A stretch of DNA of 64,000 nucleotides from Candidatus Nanohaloarchaea archaeon (GTDB taxonomy: Archaea; Nanohalarchaeota; Nanosalinia; Nanosalinales; Nanosalinaceae). Of the stretch, positions 1 through 9,917 are shown piece by piece. The DNA is taken from positions 448,001 through 512,000 of the forward strand of contig CP046106.1 of assembly GCA_013343275.1 (NCBI GenBank), written 5' to 3'. The notes beneath the pieces are model-generated. The model did no database searches. It was not told where the DNA came from and saw only the letters and a program-made list of their open reading frames with translations. Both the position numbers and the translations under genes were made by a program. Each line of letters begins with the position of its first letter. The stretch's first letter is position 1.

Positions 1-125
1 ATCTCTACAATTGCATCGTAGTCGGAGACGTTATTATCTGCAGGGCCTTCCTCCACAGTATCAGCTTTATCTCTTAGGGTTCTATATGCTTCTCTGTTGT
101 CCTCGAAAGTATGTAGATCATCCAT
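1..125 (-). CDS. Hypothetical acidic protein (partial, runs off the window start)
   Basis: Read by hand: ATG at 125, MDDLHTFEDNREAYRTLRDKADTVEEGPADNNVSDYDAIVE..., open to base 1. Preceded by GGTGA SD and a TATA-like element. Confidence 0.6.
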   Translation of the reverse strand, partial: MDDLHTFEDNREAYRTLRDKADTVEEGPADNNVSDYDAIVE

Positions 126-194
126 TGAGTTGTTCACCTTATAGTTGTTACTTACTCATAGTAACTATATAAACCTTTTGATTTTTGCAGAAAT

Positions 195-920
195 CTACAG
201 CAGTTCTACTCCCTCATCGTCTTCAGAGGATTGCGGTTCAAAAACCGGGCCTCCAGCAGTTTCATCTAGGCTTCGGGCAGTTTCAATATTGCTCTCTATA
301 TCGTTGTAGACATCCCAAGATACTCCTCTACTGCGGGCAGATTCAGCAAGCGATTCAAGGTCTAAGTTTTCTGCCATCTCAACTGCTCTCTCCCCTACAG
401 CATCAAAATCACCAATATACTGGACGAGATCGTGTTCCTCTGCAGCACTCTCGGCCTCGCTCTTCACAGCTGAGTAGACTCCATTGATACTGCCTCCAGC
501 GTTCTCGAAGTCGAAGGCATAGAATCCTTCGGAGTCAGTAGAAGTATTATCAAGAATATCGCCCTGCCCCATCAAGGCCTCGAAGGCATAGGTATCTACC
601 AGTGATTCTGCAGCGTGCTCAGAGGCCTCTAGTTCTCCCTCACCTCCAAGTTCCGAGGTGATTAAAACACCTTCTTCAGAGTCGAAAGATGCGTCTGGAA
701 CCCTGATATCGTAGTCTAGCTCATCTGCCAGAACCTCTGCCATTAAATCATAAGAGGCAGATTCTTCATCCTGAGGCCTGACAAAAACATTACTGCCATT
801 GTATTCGGCGACCTCCATCTCTTCCGCGTTTTCTCCCGGAGAGTAGCCTCTCTCATCAGCAACCTCCATGAAAGGCCTTACATCCTCAAGATCTTGGTAA
901 GTAGGGCTCCAGTTATCCAT
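195..920 (-). CDS. Hypothetical protein, possible degenerate HipA/PI3-4-kinase-like fold
   Basis: Acidic 241 aa ORF. Segments LAEVLADEL..IRVP, FEALMGQGD..DN and YAFDFE resemble HipA-like kinase motifs. Confidence 0.45.
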   Translation of the reverse strand: MDNWSPTYQDLEDVRPFMEVADERGYSPGENAEEMEVAEYNGSNVFVRPQDEESASYDLMAEVLADELDYDIRVPDASFDSEEGVLITSELGGEGELEASEHAAESLVDTYAFEALMGQGDILDNTSTDSEGFYAFDFENAGGSINGVYSAVKSEAESAAEEHDLVQYIGDFDAVGERAVEMAENLDLESLAESARSRGVSWDVYNDIESNIETARSLDETAGGPVFEPQSSEDDEGVELL

Positions 921-956
921 GTTTTTATCAACTCCATTTTGCTACGATCAGCATTC

Positions 957-1313
957 CTATCTTTGGTAGGTCTCGGCAGTTTCAGAACCTTCCAGCTCAA
1001 GACCTAGATCCATCTCCGTTCCATCGCTGTTCAGGTGGTTGTACATCTCACGGAACTCTTCGAGCTCCATTTCTTCACCAGATCCTCTCTCGTAGATCTC
1101 TACCTCAGAGTCGTCTCTCTGAGAGAGCATCTGGAAATCCTCATCGAAGTTATCTGCAATATACTCTAGTCCTGCTACTAGGCCCTCTTCATCGAATATA
1201 CTGATCTTCTCATAGGCCTCGTCTCCAGTGTCAATTCTTTCTCTGGATACCCTGTACTCCTTGCCGGAGAAAGTTCTATCCATATCCTGTCTTCCCTCTC
1301 CAAATCCGTTCAT
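957..1313 (-). CDS. Hypothetical acidic protein
   Basis: 118 aa ORF with host-like acidic composition and GGGTGA SD upstream. Confidence 0.65.
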   Translation of the reverse strand: MNGFGEGRQDMDRTFSGKEYRVSRERIDTGDEAYEKISIFDEEGLVAGLEYIADNFDEDFQMLSQRDDSEVEIYERGSGEEMELEEFREMYNHLNSDGTEMDLGLELEGSETAETYQR

Positions 1314-1317
1314 GGTA

Positions 1318-1437
1318 TCACCCAGTCTGTACTGTGATCTTTTTATGTTCGATTTTGGAGCCGCCTATCTCAGCCCTCAACTCATCAAGGGTCTCATTTG
1401 CAATAGTTTCGTATTCAGTTTCAGTCATAGCAATCAT
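1318..1437 (-). CDS. Putative small protein (39 aa)
   Basis: Read by hand: MIAMTETEYETIANETLDELRAEIGGSKIEHKKITVQTG*. Its stop lies within the SD of the next gene; TATA-like element upstream. Confidence 0.5.
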   Translation of the reverse strand: MIAMTETEYETIANETLDELRAEIGGSKIEHKKITVQTG

Positions 1438-1533
1438 ATGTTACTATTTAGTAGTCACAAAATAAAAACCTTTTGGTCGGAGGTCTAGTATCCTGGAAAA
1501 GTATTTGAAGCTGAGGCCATCTTCACCAGATAG

Positions 1534-2667
1534 ATGGCAAAGCCTGCTGGAAAAGAAAAACAGCTCCCGAGAAACATAAACTCTGCCGACTCAGTCCCTG
1601 TCGACGATATAGATTTCAGATCAGGTGAAAAAGATAAATCAGTTGAAGAGCTTCTGGACGAACACAAAAGACTGGGAGTCAGGCCTTTTACCGCAGAAGT
1701 ACAGGAATTTGAAAGATTGGATGAGGGTCGACGCTCCGATATCCTCAACAGTATAGACCAGTCCGTAGATCTGGAGACAGATGAATGGATGGAACCAGAC
1801 TATGAAAACGCAGATATTGAAGTAGACTGGGAGAAACTGAAAGAAGCCTCCGATGAGGAGAGAAGGTTTGAGAAACTTGAGGAAAAATACACTGGGCCTG
1901 CAGGCCTTTTCCAGTTGTCTGTACAGCCGGATGATGATATAGAGTGGCAGCCAGGCGATTTCTTCTCCATAAAACTTCCCGAAACACCAGGCCTTGATCT
2001 TCAAGGCCATCAGGTACCCGAAGTTCGCAGGGAAACAGCAGAGGACGAGACTGTTTTCCGGGCCTATTCTATCGGTTCCTCACCGAACGATGATGCCATT
2101 GATTTCTACATCAAAAGGATTCCGGATGAAGCAGTTACAGAACAGTCTCTAACCCCTGTACTGGATGCGAAGATGAAGGAGGCCGATGAGATAACCTTGA
2201 GAGGGCCTTACAGCGATGAGCTTTCGATAAAGGAAACTTCCGAGAAGGACATGGTTTATGTCTCGACCGGTACCGGCATGGCCCCACTGAAAAGCATGAT
2301 AGATTTCAGCCTGGAGGAAGGCCTTGACAGCTTTGAAGGAGAGGAAAGGGATATGTATATCTTGCTCGGCGCATCCTATGAGGATGAATTACCGGCCCAC
2401 CAGCATTTCCAGGAACTGGATGAGGAAAACGAAAACATACATTATATCCCTACAGTCAGTAGAGAGAGTCTTGTCTCGGACTGGGATGGTGAAACCGATT
2501 ACGTACAGAACGTGCTCTCAGACTATGCCGGAGACGAGATCGATATGGAAAATGCCGAAGTATACGTCTGCGGAATGAGCACGATGGCACAAGGAGTCAG
2601 ACAGACAGTAGAAGAACTAGGCCTGGACACCGAAAACGGGAGCTACCACGAAGAAGTATTCGACTAG
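1534..2667 (+). CDS. Ferredoxin-NAD(P)+ reductase family FAD-binding oxidoreductase
   Basis: RAYSIGS FAD motif, STGTGMAP NAD motif, YVCG, C-terminal EVFD. Confidence 0.85.
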   Translation: MAKPAGKEKQLPRNINSADSVPVDDIDFRSGEKDKSVEELLDEHKRLGVRPFTAEVQEFERLDEGRRSDILNSIDQSVDLETDEWMEPDYENADIEVDWEKLKEASDEERRFEKLEEKYTGPAGLFQLSVQPDDDIEWQPGDFFSIKLPETPGLDLQGHQVPEVRRETAEDETVFRAYSIGSSPNDDAIDFYIKRIPDEAVTEQSLTPVLDAKMKEADEITLRGPYSDELSIKETSEKDMVYVSTGTGMAPLKSMIDFSLEEGLDSFEGEERDMYILLGASYEDELPAHQHFQELDEENENIHYIPTVSRESLVSDWDGETDYVQNVLSDYAGDEIDMENAEVYVCGMSTMAQGVRQTVEELGLDTENGSYHEEVFD

Positions 2668-2721
2668 AAAAACTGCGTTAGAAGTCTAGTTTATTTGAAA
2701 TTTCAGGCCTCACACTTCTTT

Positions 2722-3501
2722 ATGAAACTCAAATTCCTTGGAACAGGTGGAGGCCGTTACGTCACCGGTGAGCAAAAAAGGAGAACTGCAGGAATAATAG
2801 TTGAGACAGAGGAGACAAAGTTACATGTTGATCCTGGGCCGGGTGCACTGGTGTACGCCAACAAGGAACTTGAGAACCCGGAAGAAGTTGAAGGCCTGAT
2901 AGTTTCACACGCGCACCTCGACCACGCCAGCGATGCAGAACCAATCATTGAAATGATTACCGAGGCCTACAGCAACCAGGCCGCGCTTTTCGCCAATGAA
3001 ACCGCTCTCAACGGCTACGGCGACATCGAGAAATCAGTCTCGAACTACCATGAAGGTCTCTGCTCCAGAGTTGAGAAACTGGAAGAAGGATCGGAATACG
3101 AGTACAAGGACGTAAAGATAGCGTCTCAGGAGATGTTCCACGGCGATCCAAGGACACAGGGCTTCACCTTGGAGACCGAGGAAAAGAAGATCGGTTTCTG
3201 GACCGACACACAGTACTCGGAAGAACTTCTAGGCCTCTACAAAGACTGTGACGTAATAGTTATCTACTGCACTCGGCCTGAAGGAAACTCTGTGAAGAGT
3301 CATACCGCGATCGGTGAAGTACCGGAAATAATGGAGAGTACTGAGGCCTCGACATGCATCATCACACATTTCGGCTACTCTCTTTTGGACTCTGATCTCG
3401 ACGAACAGAAAGAATACATAGAAGAGAGAATAGATGGAAAAGTTATCTTTGCCGATGACGGCATGGAGTTCCCGGGAAACAAGAACCTGGCCAGCTTCTA
3501 G
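2722..3501 (+). CDS. MBL-fold metallo-hydrolase
   Basis: FLGTGGG, DPGPG, SHAHLDH (HxHxDH), THF motifs. ATG at 2722 preferred over the upstream TTG. Confidence 0.9.
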   Translation: MKLKFLGTGGGRYVTGEQKRRTAGIIVETEETKLHVDPGPGALVYANKELENPEEVEGLIVSHAHLDHASDAEPIIEMITEAYSNQAALFANETALNGYGDIEKSVSNYHEGLCSRVEKLEEGSEYEYKDVKIASQEMFHGDPRTQGFTLETEEKKIGFWTDTQYSEELLGLYKDCDVIVIYCTRPEGNSVKSHTAIGEVPEIMESTEASTCIITHFGYSLLDSDLDEQKEYIEERIDGKVIFADDGMEFPGNKNLASF

Positions 3502-3756
3502 AAAAATTTTAAAACATTTCAAGGCCCTTTCTTCTGTATGAGAGCTGCTGGCTTACTGCGGAAAGGTGGATGCTTTGTACCTCCAGCAGCTGCTATCGAA
3601 TAATCTGAACTCTTTAACTAATGAATTAACCGATTTCTACAGATTTTTGTCTAAAATTTATGCTATGAGTTTCTACCTGAATTCAACGGTTTCACGCTTT
3701 GAAAGTTTAAAATCATTTAAGAATCATTTCAGCTTATCTAACCGAGGCCTCTAAAA

Positions 3757-6384
3757 ATGGAAGGAGACTACAATCCGGAGAAAATTGAAGAGAAATGGCA
3801 GCAAAAATGGGAAGAACAAAATACTTACAGGTATAAAGGAGGGGAAGGAGAAGTATTCTCCATCGACACACCACCTCCAACAGTTTCAGGAAACCTGCAC
3901 TTCGGCCACACCTACGGCAACACGCTAACCGATTTCCAGGCCCGCTTCCAGCGCATGCAGGGCAAAGACGTTTTCTTCCCGTTCGGATACGACAACAACG
4001 GTATTGCAAGCGAGAGGCTGACAGAGAAAGAGCTTGGAATCAAGCATCAGGACTTTGAACGCAGAGAGTTCCAGAAAAAGGTTCGCGAAGTCTGTACCGA
4101 GTACGAACAGAAGTTCGAGGACATTATGAAGGAGTTTGCTTTCTCCATGGACTGGTCGAATACTTACAAGACTATCGATCCGGAAGTTCAGAAAGTTTCC
4201 CAGCTGTCCTTCATCGATCTATACGAACAGGGCCGAGAGTACCGTGAGAAAGGCCCGGCAATCTGGTGTCCGGAATGCGAGACAGCAATCAGCCAGGTCG
4301 AGACGGAGGACGCGGAGCGGCACTCACACTTCAACGATATCGAGTTCCCTCTGGCCACAGGCAACGGCTCAGTTATAATCTCTACTACAAGACCTGAGCT
4401 TCTGCCAGCGTGCGTCGCGATCTTCGTCCATCCCGAAGACGAGAGCAACGAGCACCTGGTCGGAGAAAAGGCCGAAGTCCCGCTTTTTGACTACGAAGTC
4501 CCTATAATTGAAGACGAGAGAGTCGACAGAGAGACTGGTACAGGCGTCGTCATGTGCTGTACGTTCGGAGATCAGAACGACATCGAATGGTACCAGGCCC
4601 ACGACCTCGATCTCAGAGTAGCAATCGACAGAGACGGCACAATGACTGATCTGGCGGAAGACTACAAAGGCCTTGATACGAAAGAGGCTCGTGAAGAGAT
4701 TGTAGAGGATCTAGACAGCGAAGGATATCTAATTGATCGCAGAGAGATCACTCACACAGTCCAGGTCCACGAAAGATGCGATGAAGACATCGAATTCATG
4801 GTTACAGAGCAGTGGTACGTTGAACTGCTGGATCACAAGGACGAGTACCTTGAGGCCGGCGAAGAGATGGACTGGTTCCCTGAGAAAATGTTTACACGGT
4901 ACAAGAACTGGATTGAAGGCCTTCAGTGGGACTGGTGTATCTCCCGACAGAGAGACTCCGGAATTCCGTTCCCTGTCTGGTACTGCGAGGAATGTGGAGA
5001 AGAGATCATAGCTGACAAGGAGGACTTGCCTGTCGATCCTATCCAGGATACTCCTGTAGGAGAATGCCCGGAATGTGGCCACGACGAGTTCAGGCCTGAG
5101 AAAGACGTATTCGATACATGGGCCACCTCATCGCTAACTCCGCTGATCAACGCTGGATGGCACTGGAACGCAGAGGAAGAGGAATACGAGATGGAGAGGC
5201 CTGAGCTTTACAAGTTCGATTTGCGGCCTGAAGGCCACGACATCATCAGTTTCTGGCTTTTCCATACAGTTGTCAAGTGCTACGAGCACACAGGAGAAAC
5301 ACCTTTCGAAGGCACTATGAATCACGGGCATGTTCTCGACGAGAACAGGGAGAAAATGTCGAAGTCACGAGGCAATGTTACAACACCTCAGGAGATCCTC
5401 GAGGATTATCCTGTCGACGCGGCCCGTTACTGGGCAGGCGCAGTCAAGCCAGGCGACGATCTGCCGTTGAAGGAGAAAGATCTGGTTTCAGGGGAGAAGT
5501 TGCTGAGAAAGCTGTGGAACGCATCCAAGCTAGTTGACGACTTGACACCTGCAGAGAGACTGGATCTTGAAGAAGATAAACTGGATGAAGTTGATAGATG
5601 GATCTTCGCAGAACTGGACGATACATTGGAAGAAGTTACAGAACACATGGAGGCCTACGAGTTCTCCAAGGCCCGTGATAAGCTGCGGTACTTCTTCTGG
5701 CACACATTCTGCGACGACTACCTGGAGATCACAAAGCAGAGGCTCTCAGACGAAGATAAGAGCTCTGCACAGTATGCACTGCAGGAAGTTCACCGCTCAA
5801 TCGTCAAGATGTTCGCACCGTTCATTCCTCACATCACCGAGGAGATCTGGAACCAGATGCATGACTCGGGATCCGGAACGGTTTCCGATCAAGAAGACCT
5901 GTCTTCGCAAAGTATTCACCGCAGCAGCTGGCCTGAAGACTCGGGAATTGAGGCTGACCTGGAGGCCGGAGAGACAGCGATGGAAGTTATCTCCGCACTC
6001 CGGAAGTACAAGTCCAGCAACCAGATGGCGTTGAACGAGGAACTCGAACACGTCACAGTCTACGGCAACATCTCAGGGATGGAAGACCCTATCAAGGAGG
6101 CTATGCATATCGAAGAGCTCGAGTCAAAGGATGGAGAACCGGAGACCGAGAAGAAGATCATCGATATCAGCCTTGATTACTCTAACGCCGGCCCTAAGTA
6201 CGGCGACAAAGTCTCCGAGATAGAAGAGGCCCTGGAGAACAACGAATGGATGATCGACGACGGCCGATTAGAGGTTGCCGATGAGCACCTGAAGCCGGAG
6301 ATGTTCGAAGTCCACGAGGAACGGACTTACACAGGAGAAGGGGAGATGCTGGAAACAGAGAATGCTCTCGTTGTAATCAGGTAA
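3757..6384 (+). CDS. valS: Valine--tRNA ligase
   Basis: IDTPPPTVSG-LHFGH, DWCISRQR, KMSKS motifs. Confidence 0.97.
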   Translation: MEGDYNPEKIEEKWQQKWEEQNTYRYKGGEGEVFSIDTPPPTVSGNLHFGHTYGNTLTDFQARFQRMQGKDVFFPFGYDNNGIASERLTEKELGIKHQDFERREFQKKVREVCTEYEQKFEDIMKEFAFSMDWSNTYKTIDPEVQKVSQLSFIDLYEQGREYREKGPAIWCPECETAISQVETEDAERHSHFNDIEFPLATGNGSVIISTTRPELLPACVAIFVHPEDESNEHLVGEKAEVPLFDYEVPIIEDERVDRETGTGVVMCCTFGDQNDIEWYQAHDLDLRVAIDRDGTMTDLAEDYKGLDTKEAREEIVEDLDSEGYLIDRREITHTVQVHERCDEDIEFMVTEQWYVELLDHKDEYLEAGEEMDWFPEKMFTRYKNWIEGLQWDWCISRQRDSGIPFPVWYCEECGEEIIADKEDLPVDPIQDTPVGECPECGHDEFRPEKDVFDTWATSSLTPLINAGWHWNAEEEEYEMERPELYKFDLRPEGHDIISFWLFHTVVKCYEHTGETPFEGTMNHGHVLDENREKMSKSRGNVTTPQEILEDYPVDAARYWAGAVKPGDDLPLKEKDLVSGEKLLRKLWNASKLVDDLTPAERLDLEEDKLDEVDRWIFAELDDTLEEVTEHMEAYEFSKARDKLRYFFWHTFCDDYLEITKQRLSDEDKSSAQYALQEVHRSIVKMFAPFIPHITEEIWNQMHDSGSGTVSDQEDLSSQSIHRSSWPEDSGIEADLEAGETAMEVISALRKYKSSNQMALNEELEHVTVYGNISGMEDPIKEAMHIEELESKDGEPETEKKIIDISLDYSNAGPKYGDKVSEIEEALENNEWMIDDGRLEVADEHLKPEMFEVHEERTYTGEGEMLETENALVVIR

Positions 6385-6465
6385 TCTTCCTCTAACCTCT
6401 CTTCTTTCTTACCTCTTCTTTGCTTTCTGAAGTAGTTAAAAGAATTCAGGCCTCTTATCTTCTAC

Positions 6466-7707
6466 ATGAGCCAGAATCAAAACCACGATGAAATGAGCAA
6501 GTACCAGTTGAAGAAGCTGGTCAACAAGCTGGAGGACATCAGAGGCCGGAACACTGAGCTTGTATCGCTGTACATTCCTGCAGGATACGACATGTCGAAG
6601 ATCTCCGAGTTTATTACATCCGAATCTTCAGAGGCCGAAAACATCAAGTCGAAGCACACCAGGAAGAACGTGAAGGCCGCCCTTGACAAGATTTCCAGGA
6701 GGGTGAAGGAGGAGCCTGTTACCCCGGAAAACGGTGTTGCTTTCTTCGCAGGAAATGTCTCCGAACGCGAGGGACGGCCTGATATCCAGCTGTGGGAGGT
6801 TATCCCTCCTCAACCGATCGAATCACGCAGATACCGCTGTGACAAGGAGTTTGTTCTACAGCCTCTGAAAGATATGATCGTCGACGACCGAGTTTACGGA
6901 CTGATCGTTGCCGACAAGAACGAGGCTGCGATAGGATACCTTCAGGGCTCCTCAGTGAAGACCGCATATACACTATCATCTAATGTGCCTGGAAAGACCA
7001 GGGCCGGAGGACAGTCGGCACAGAGGTTCGCCCGTTTGAGAAAGGAGATGCTGAAATCCTTCCTCCAGGAGATAGCGGAGAAATCGAAGAACGCATTCAT
7101 GAGTAAGGCCCGCGAGGATAAGCTGCTGGGCATCATTATCGGAGGCCCTGGATTTGTGAAGGACAAGCTTGTCAGCGATGACTACCTTCATCAGGAACTT
7201 CAGGACAAGGTTATTGCGAACAAGTCGCTGGGCCACTCCGGGGAAGGCGCACTGAAGGAGCTTGTTAACAAGGCGGAGGACGATATCGAGGACTCTGCTG
7301 TTGTGCGTGAAAAGCAGTTAGTGAACGATTTCCTTGAGAACCTGAAGGAGGAGAACGGGAAATCCGAGTACGGCCTGGAACCTGTAATAAAGGCCCTGAA
7401 AATGGGTGCTGTAGATACCATTCTCATCTCGGAGGACTACGAATCTTTCAAGGCCGACTACGAATGTCCCAACGGCCACGAAGATACAGTCTTCGAAGAG
7501 GAGGCTGAGATAGAGGATTCAAAGGAGTGTCCTGAGTGCAATGAGGAGATGAAACTCGAGGAGATGCAGGACATAGTCGATTACATGGCAGGTAAGGCCG
7601 AGGAGATGAGTTCGGATCTTGAGATTATCTCCACTGATCACGAGGAAGGTCAGAGATTGATGAATATGGGAGGCGTTGCCGCCATCCTGCGGTACAGAAT
7701 CCGTTAA
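6466..7707 (+). CDS. prf1: Peptide chain release factor aRF1
   Basis: NIKS, YRCD and GGQS motifs; C-terminal GGVAAILRY. Confidence 0.97.
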   Translation: MSQNQNHDEMSKYQLKKLVNKLEDIRGRNTELVSLYIPAGYDMSKISEFITSESSEAENIKSKHTRKNVKAALDKISRRVKEEPVTPENGVAFFAGNVSEREGRPDIQLWEVIPPQPIESRRYRCDKEFVLQPLKDMIVDDRVYGLIVADKNEAAIGYLQGSSVKTAYTLSSNVPGKTRAGGQSAQRFARLRKEMLKSFLQEIAEKSKNAFMSKAREDKLLGIIIGGPGFVKDKLVSDDYLHQELQDKVIANKSLGHSGEGALKELVNKAEDDIEDSAVVREKQLVNDFLENLKEENGKSEYGLEPVIKALKMGAVDTILISEDYESFKADYECPNGHEDTVFEEEAEIEDSKECPECNEEMKLEEMQDIVDYMAGKAEEMSSDLEIISTDHEEGQRLMNMGGVAAILRYRIR

Positions 7708-8366
7708 GCAGATTTTTCTATAAGTATAATGTAGAGATCGCGGGCCTTTCTGTATGCGATAACCGAGCCAACTGCTAGGATAACTGTTACTATTATCAGC
7801 GTGGAGAGGCTGTCGATCAGGCCTGCTATTCTCTCAAGGTATTTTTCGCTGCCTACCCACCAGCCAATCATCCCGAGAATGAAGTTACGGGGCATCATTC
7901 CGATGAAAGACCATATACCGTACTCTCTCCAGTCCATCTGGAAGAGGCCAGCGCTCCCGGAGATGAGTGAGAGAGGCACGATAGGTACCGCACGGAAGAG
8001 CGCTACATAGTATTTTTCCCGACCTGAGTCGAAATGGCTTTCCAGGTGCTGGACTTCCTCCCATTTTACGTCCAGATATTTACCGTACTTCTTGATGATC
8101 GGAGGGCCGCCGTAGTAAGCTGCGCCAAAGACGAAGTAGGAGCTGAGTACCGATGCGATAGATGCAGGTATCGCGATTATAAACAGAACCTTTACTACTG
8201 CCGCCGGCACTGTTGCGGCCTCTATCAGCAGGAATCCGGCAGCCATCGGTATGATAGGGGATGGAATAGGGACGAAAACTTCTTCGATCACCATTCCAAG
8301 CATTACTGCGAGAACTCCATGCTGCTGGATAAGCTCGAAAAGCAGCTGTACAAAACCATCTAACAT
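7704..8366 (-). CDS. DedA/VTT family membrane protein
   Basis: IEEVFVPIPS and FRAVPIVP..IS..AG motifs; several TM segments. Confidence 0.88.
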   Translation of the reverse strand: MLDGFVQLLFELIQQHGVLAVMLGMVIEEVFVPIPSPIIPMAAGFLLIEAATVPAAVVKVLFIIAIPASIASVLSSYFVFGAAYYGGPPIIKKYGKYLDVKWEEVQHLESHFDSGREKYYVALFRAVPIVPLSLISGSAGLFQMDWREYGIWSFIGMMPRNFILGMIGWWVGSEKYLERIAGLIDSLSTLIIVTVILAVGSVIAYRKARDLYIILIEKSA

Positions 8367-8414
8367 AGATTTCAGTTACTCAGGGAGACTTATGAAAAGG
8401 AAGGAGGGCCTCCC

Positions 8415-9863
8415 TCAGAGAAGGTTTTGCAGCAGTTTCCGGAGGTATGAGACTAGGCCCTGCAGGTCGTACTTCAGGCTATCCACCAGATCCGTACCCT
8501 GTCTGAAACTGTTTTCAGGTATATCCAGCTTCCTGATAGTCAGATTTTCTGCTTCACGGGAAGGCTCTGCCGAGTACACAGGGTAGTCGTAGCTGTTTAT
8601 CCTGTCGAGACAGTTACTAAACTTTTCTCTACTGTCGTACTTGCAGGGAGTCATATCCAGGTACTGGGAGAATATCTCCCACTTCCGTTCAGGACTGTCG
8701 ACCTTGCCGCTTACATTAAATTTCTCGTAGAGCCGGGATAGACGGCCTCCTCTCGACACGTAGTTCTTGATTATCAGCTCGGAGTAGGCATAGCCAAACT
8801 CTCGGTGCTCAGAATCGAAGCTGGACCAAGTCTTCATGAAATTCAGGTCATTCTGATAGTAGTTCCAGAGAACCTCAGGATCTCCTCTGGAAGGAACAAG
8901 GCTGTAGGTATTGTCGGAGGGATCAGGATCCCAGCGAATATCATCGCCAAAAACCTCTCCAGGAGGCCTCACATCCCTGTCCTCGCTGCTTAACTTCTTC
9001 CTCACAAGAAACTCAACGTATTCAGCAGTTCCCTCATCGAAGTAGGCCGAAGAGGTCCTGTCCCAGTTAAACTCACGGTCATTCAATCCGTGAACTGTCT
9101 CATGCGCCAGCACAGGTATATAGTCAGAACCTATATTCTGCCGGACCATCATCGAACCTCCGATATACTCACCGGCACTCCAGCTGTTCGCCACCCTCCT
9201 GTACACATCCTCAGGCATTGAAGCAACCGGGAACCGCTGGAATTCCTGCACAACACCTGTAGTACCTATCGAAATTTCATAGGCCATCGATGTATTCCCC
9301 CGATAATCTCCGAAGAAAGAGTAGTAACGGGTCTCATTCCCTTCTCCGAACTTTACACGGAGTGATACCGGGCCTTCTCCTCTGAACTTCAAGGTATTAT
9401 TTGAGTAAGATGTTTCAAAACCGTAGCTTTTCCAGCCTGAAATTAAATTATCGACGTGAAGCACTCCACGGCTCTCCTCTCCGCTAAAACCTGGCAGAGA
9501 TAGTTCTCTCTTGTAAAGGCCCCTGTATATCTCCTCGGCGTCTGCCGTGACATTCATCACAATTTTAACCGTCTCATTCATCCGTCTAGGACCAGAATTA
9601 GTCGTAATATGGATCTGCTGGCCTTCCACACGGTAGTCTTCTATCCTGCCTATAGAGTCTCTAACTGAGATTATCCCGGCCGATTTCGGTATCTGCCATG
9701 TAAGACTCCATTTATTCACCGGACAGTTACTCTCACAGTTCAGCTCTATCGAAGTGTTGAGCTGCATCCCGCTCTTAGATATACTGGCTTCGTGGTACAC
9801 ATCGGCAGATGCTGCTGATACAAGAGCAGCCGCCAGAAAAACGAGAAAAAGCAGTTTCCTCAT
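8415..9863 (-). CDS. Secreted putative zinc metallopeptidase (gluzincin/MA-like)
   Basis: N-terminal signal peptide; LAHETVH followed by YFDEGTAEY. Confidence 0.65.
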   Translation of the reverse strand: MRKLLFLVFLAAALVSAASADVYHEASISKSGMQLNTSIELNCESNCPVNKWSLTWQIPKSAGIISVRDSIGRIEDYRVEGQQIHITTNSGPRRMNETVKIVMNVTADAEEIYRGLYKRELSLPGFSGEESRGVLHVDNLISGWKSYGFETSYSNNTLKFRGEGPVSLRVKFGEGNETRYYSFFGDYRGNTSMAYEISIGTTGVVQEFQRFPVASMPEDVYRRVANSWSAGEYIGGSMMVRQNIGSDYIPVLAHETVHGLNDREFNWDRTSSAYFDEGTAEYVEFLVRKKLSSEDRDVRPPGEVFGDDIRWDPDPSDNTYSLVPSRGDPEVLWNYYQNDLNFMKTWSSFDSEHREFGYAYSELIIKNYVSRGGRLSRLYEKFNVSGKVDSPERKWEIFSQYLDMTPCKYDSREKFSNCLDRINSYDYPVYSAEPSREAENLTIRKLDIPENSFRQGTDLVDSLKYDLQGLVSYLRKLLQNLL

Positions 9864-9917
9864 GGAACAGTTATAGGGCGTGAAGGCATAAAAAGTTCCT
9901 ACAGCTGAAGAACAAGT

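Noticed and set aside
3543-3591. SRP RNA helix 8
   Set aside because: Lacks the conserved SRP internal-loop motif and is too short; kept only as an unassigned structure.
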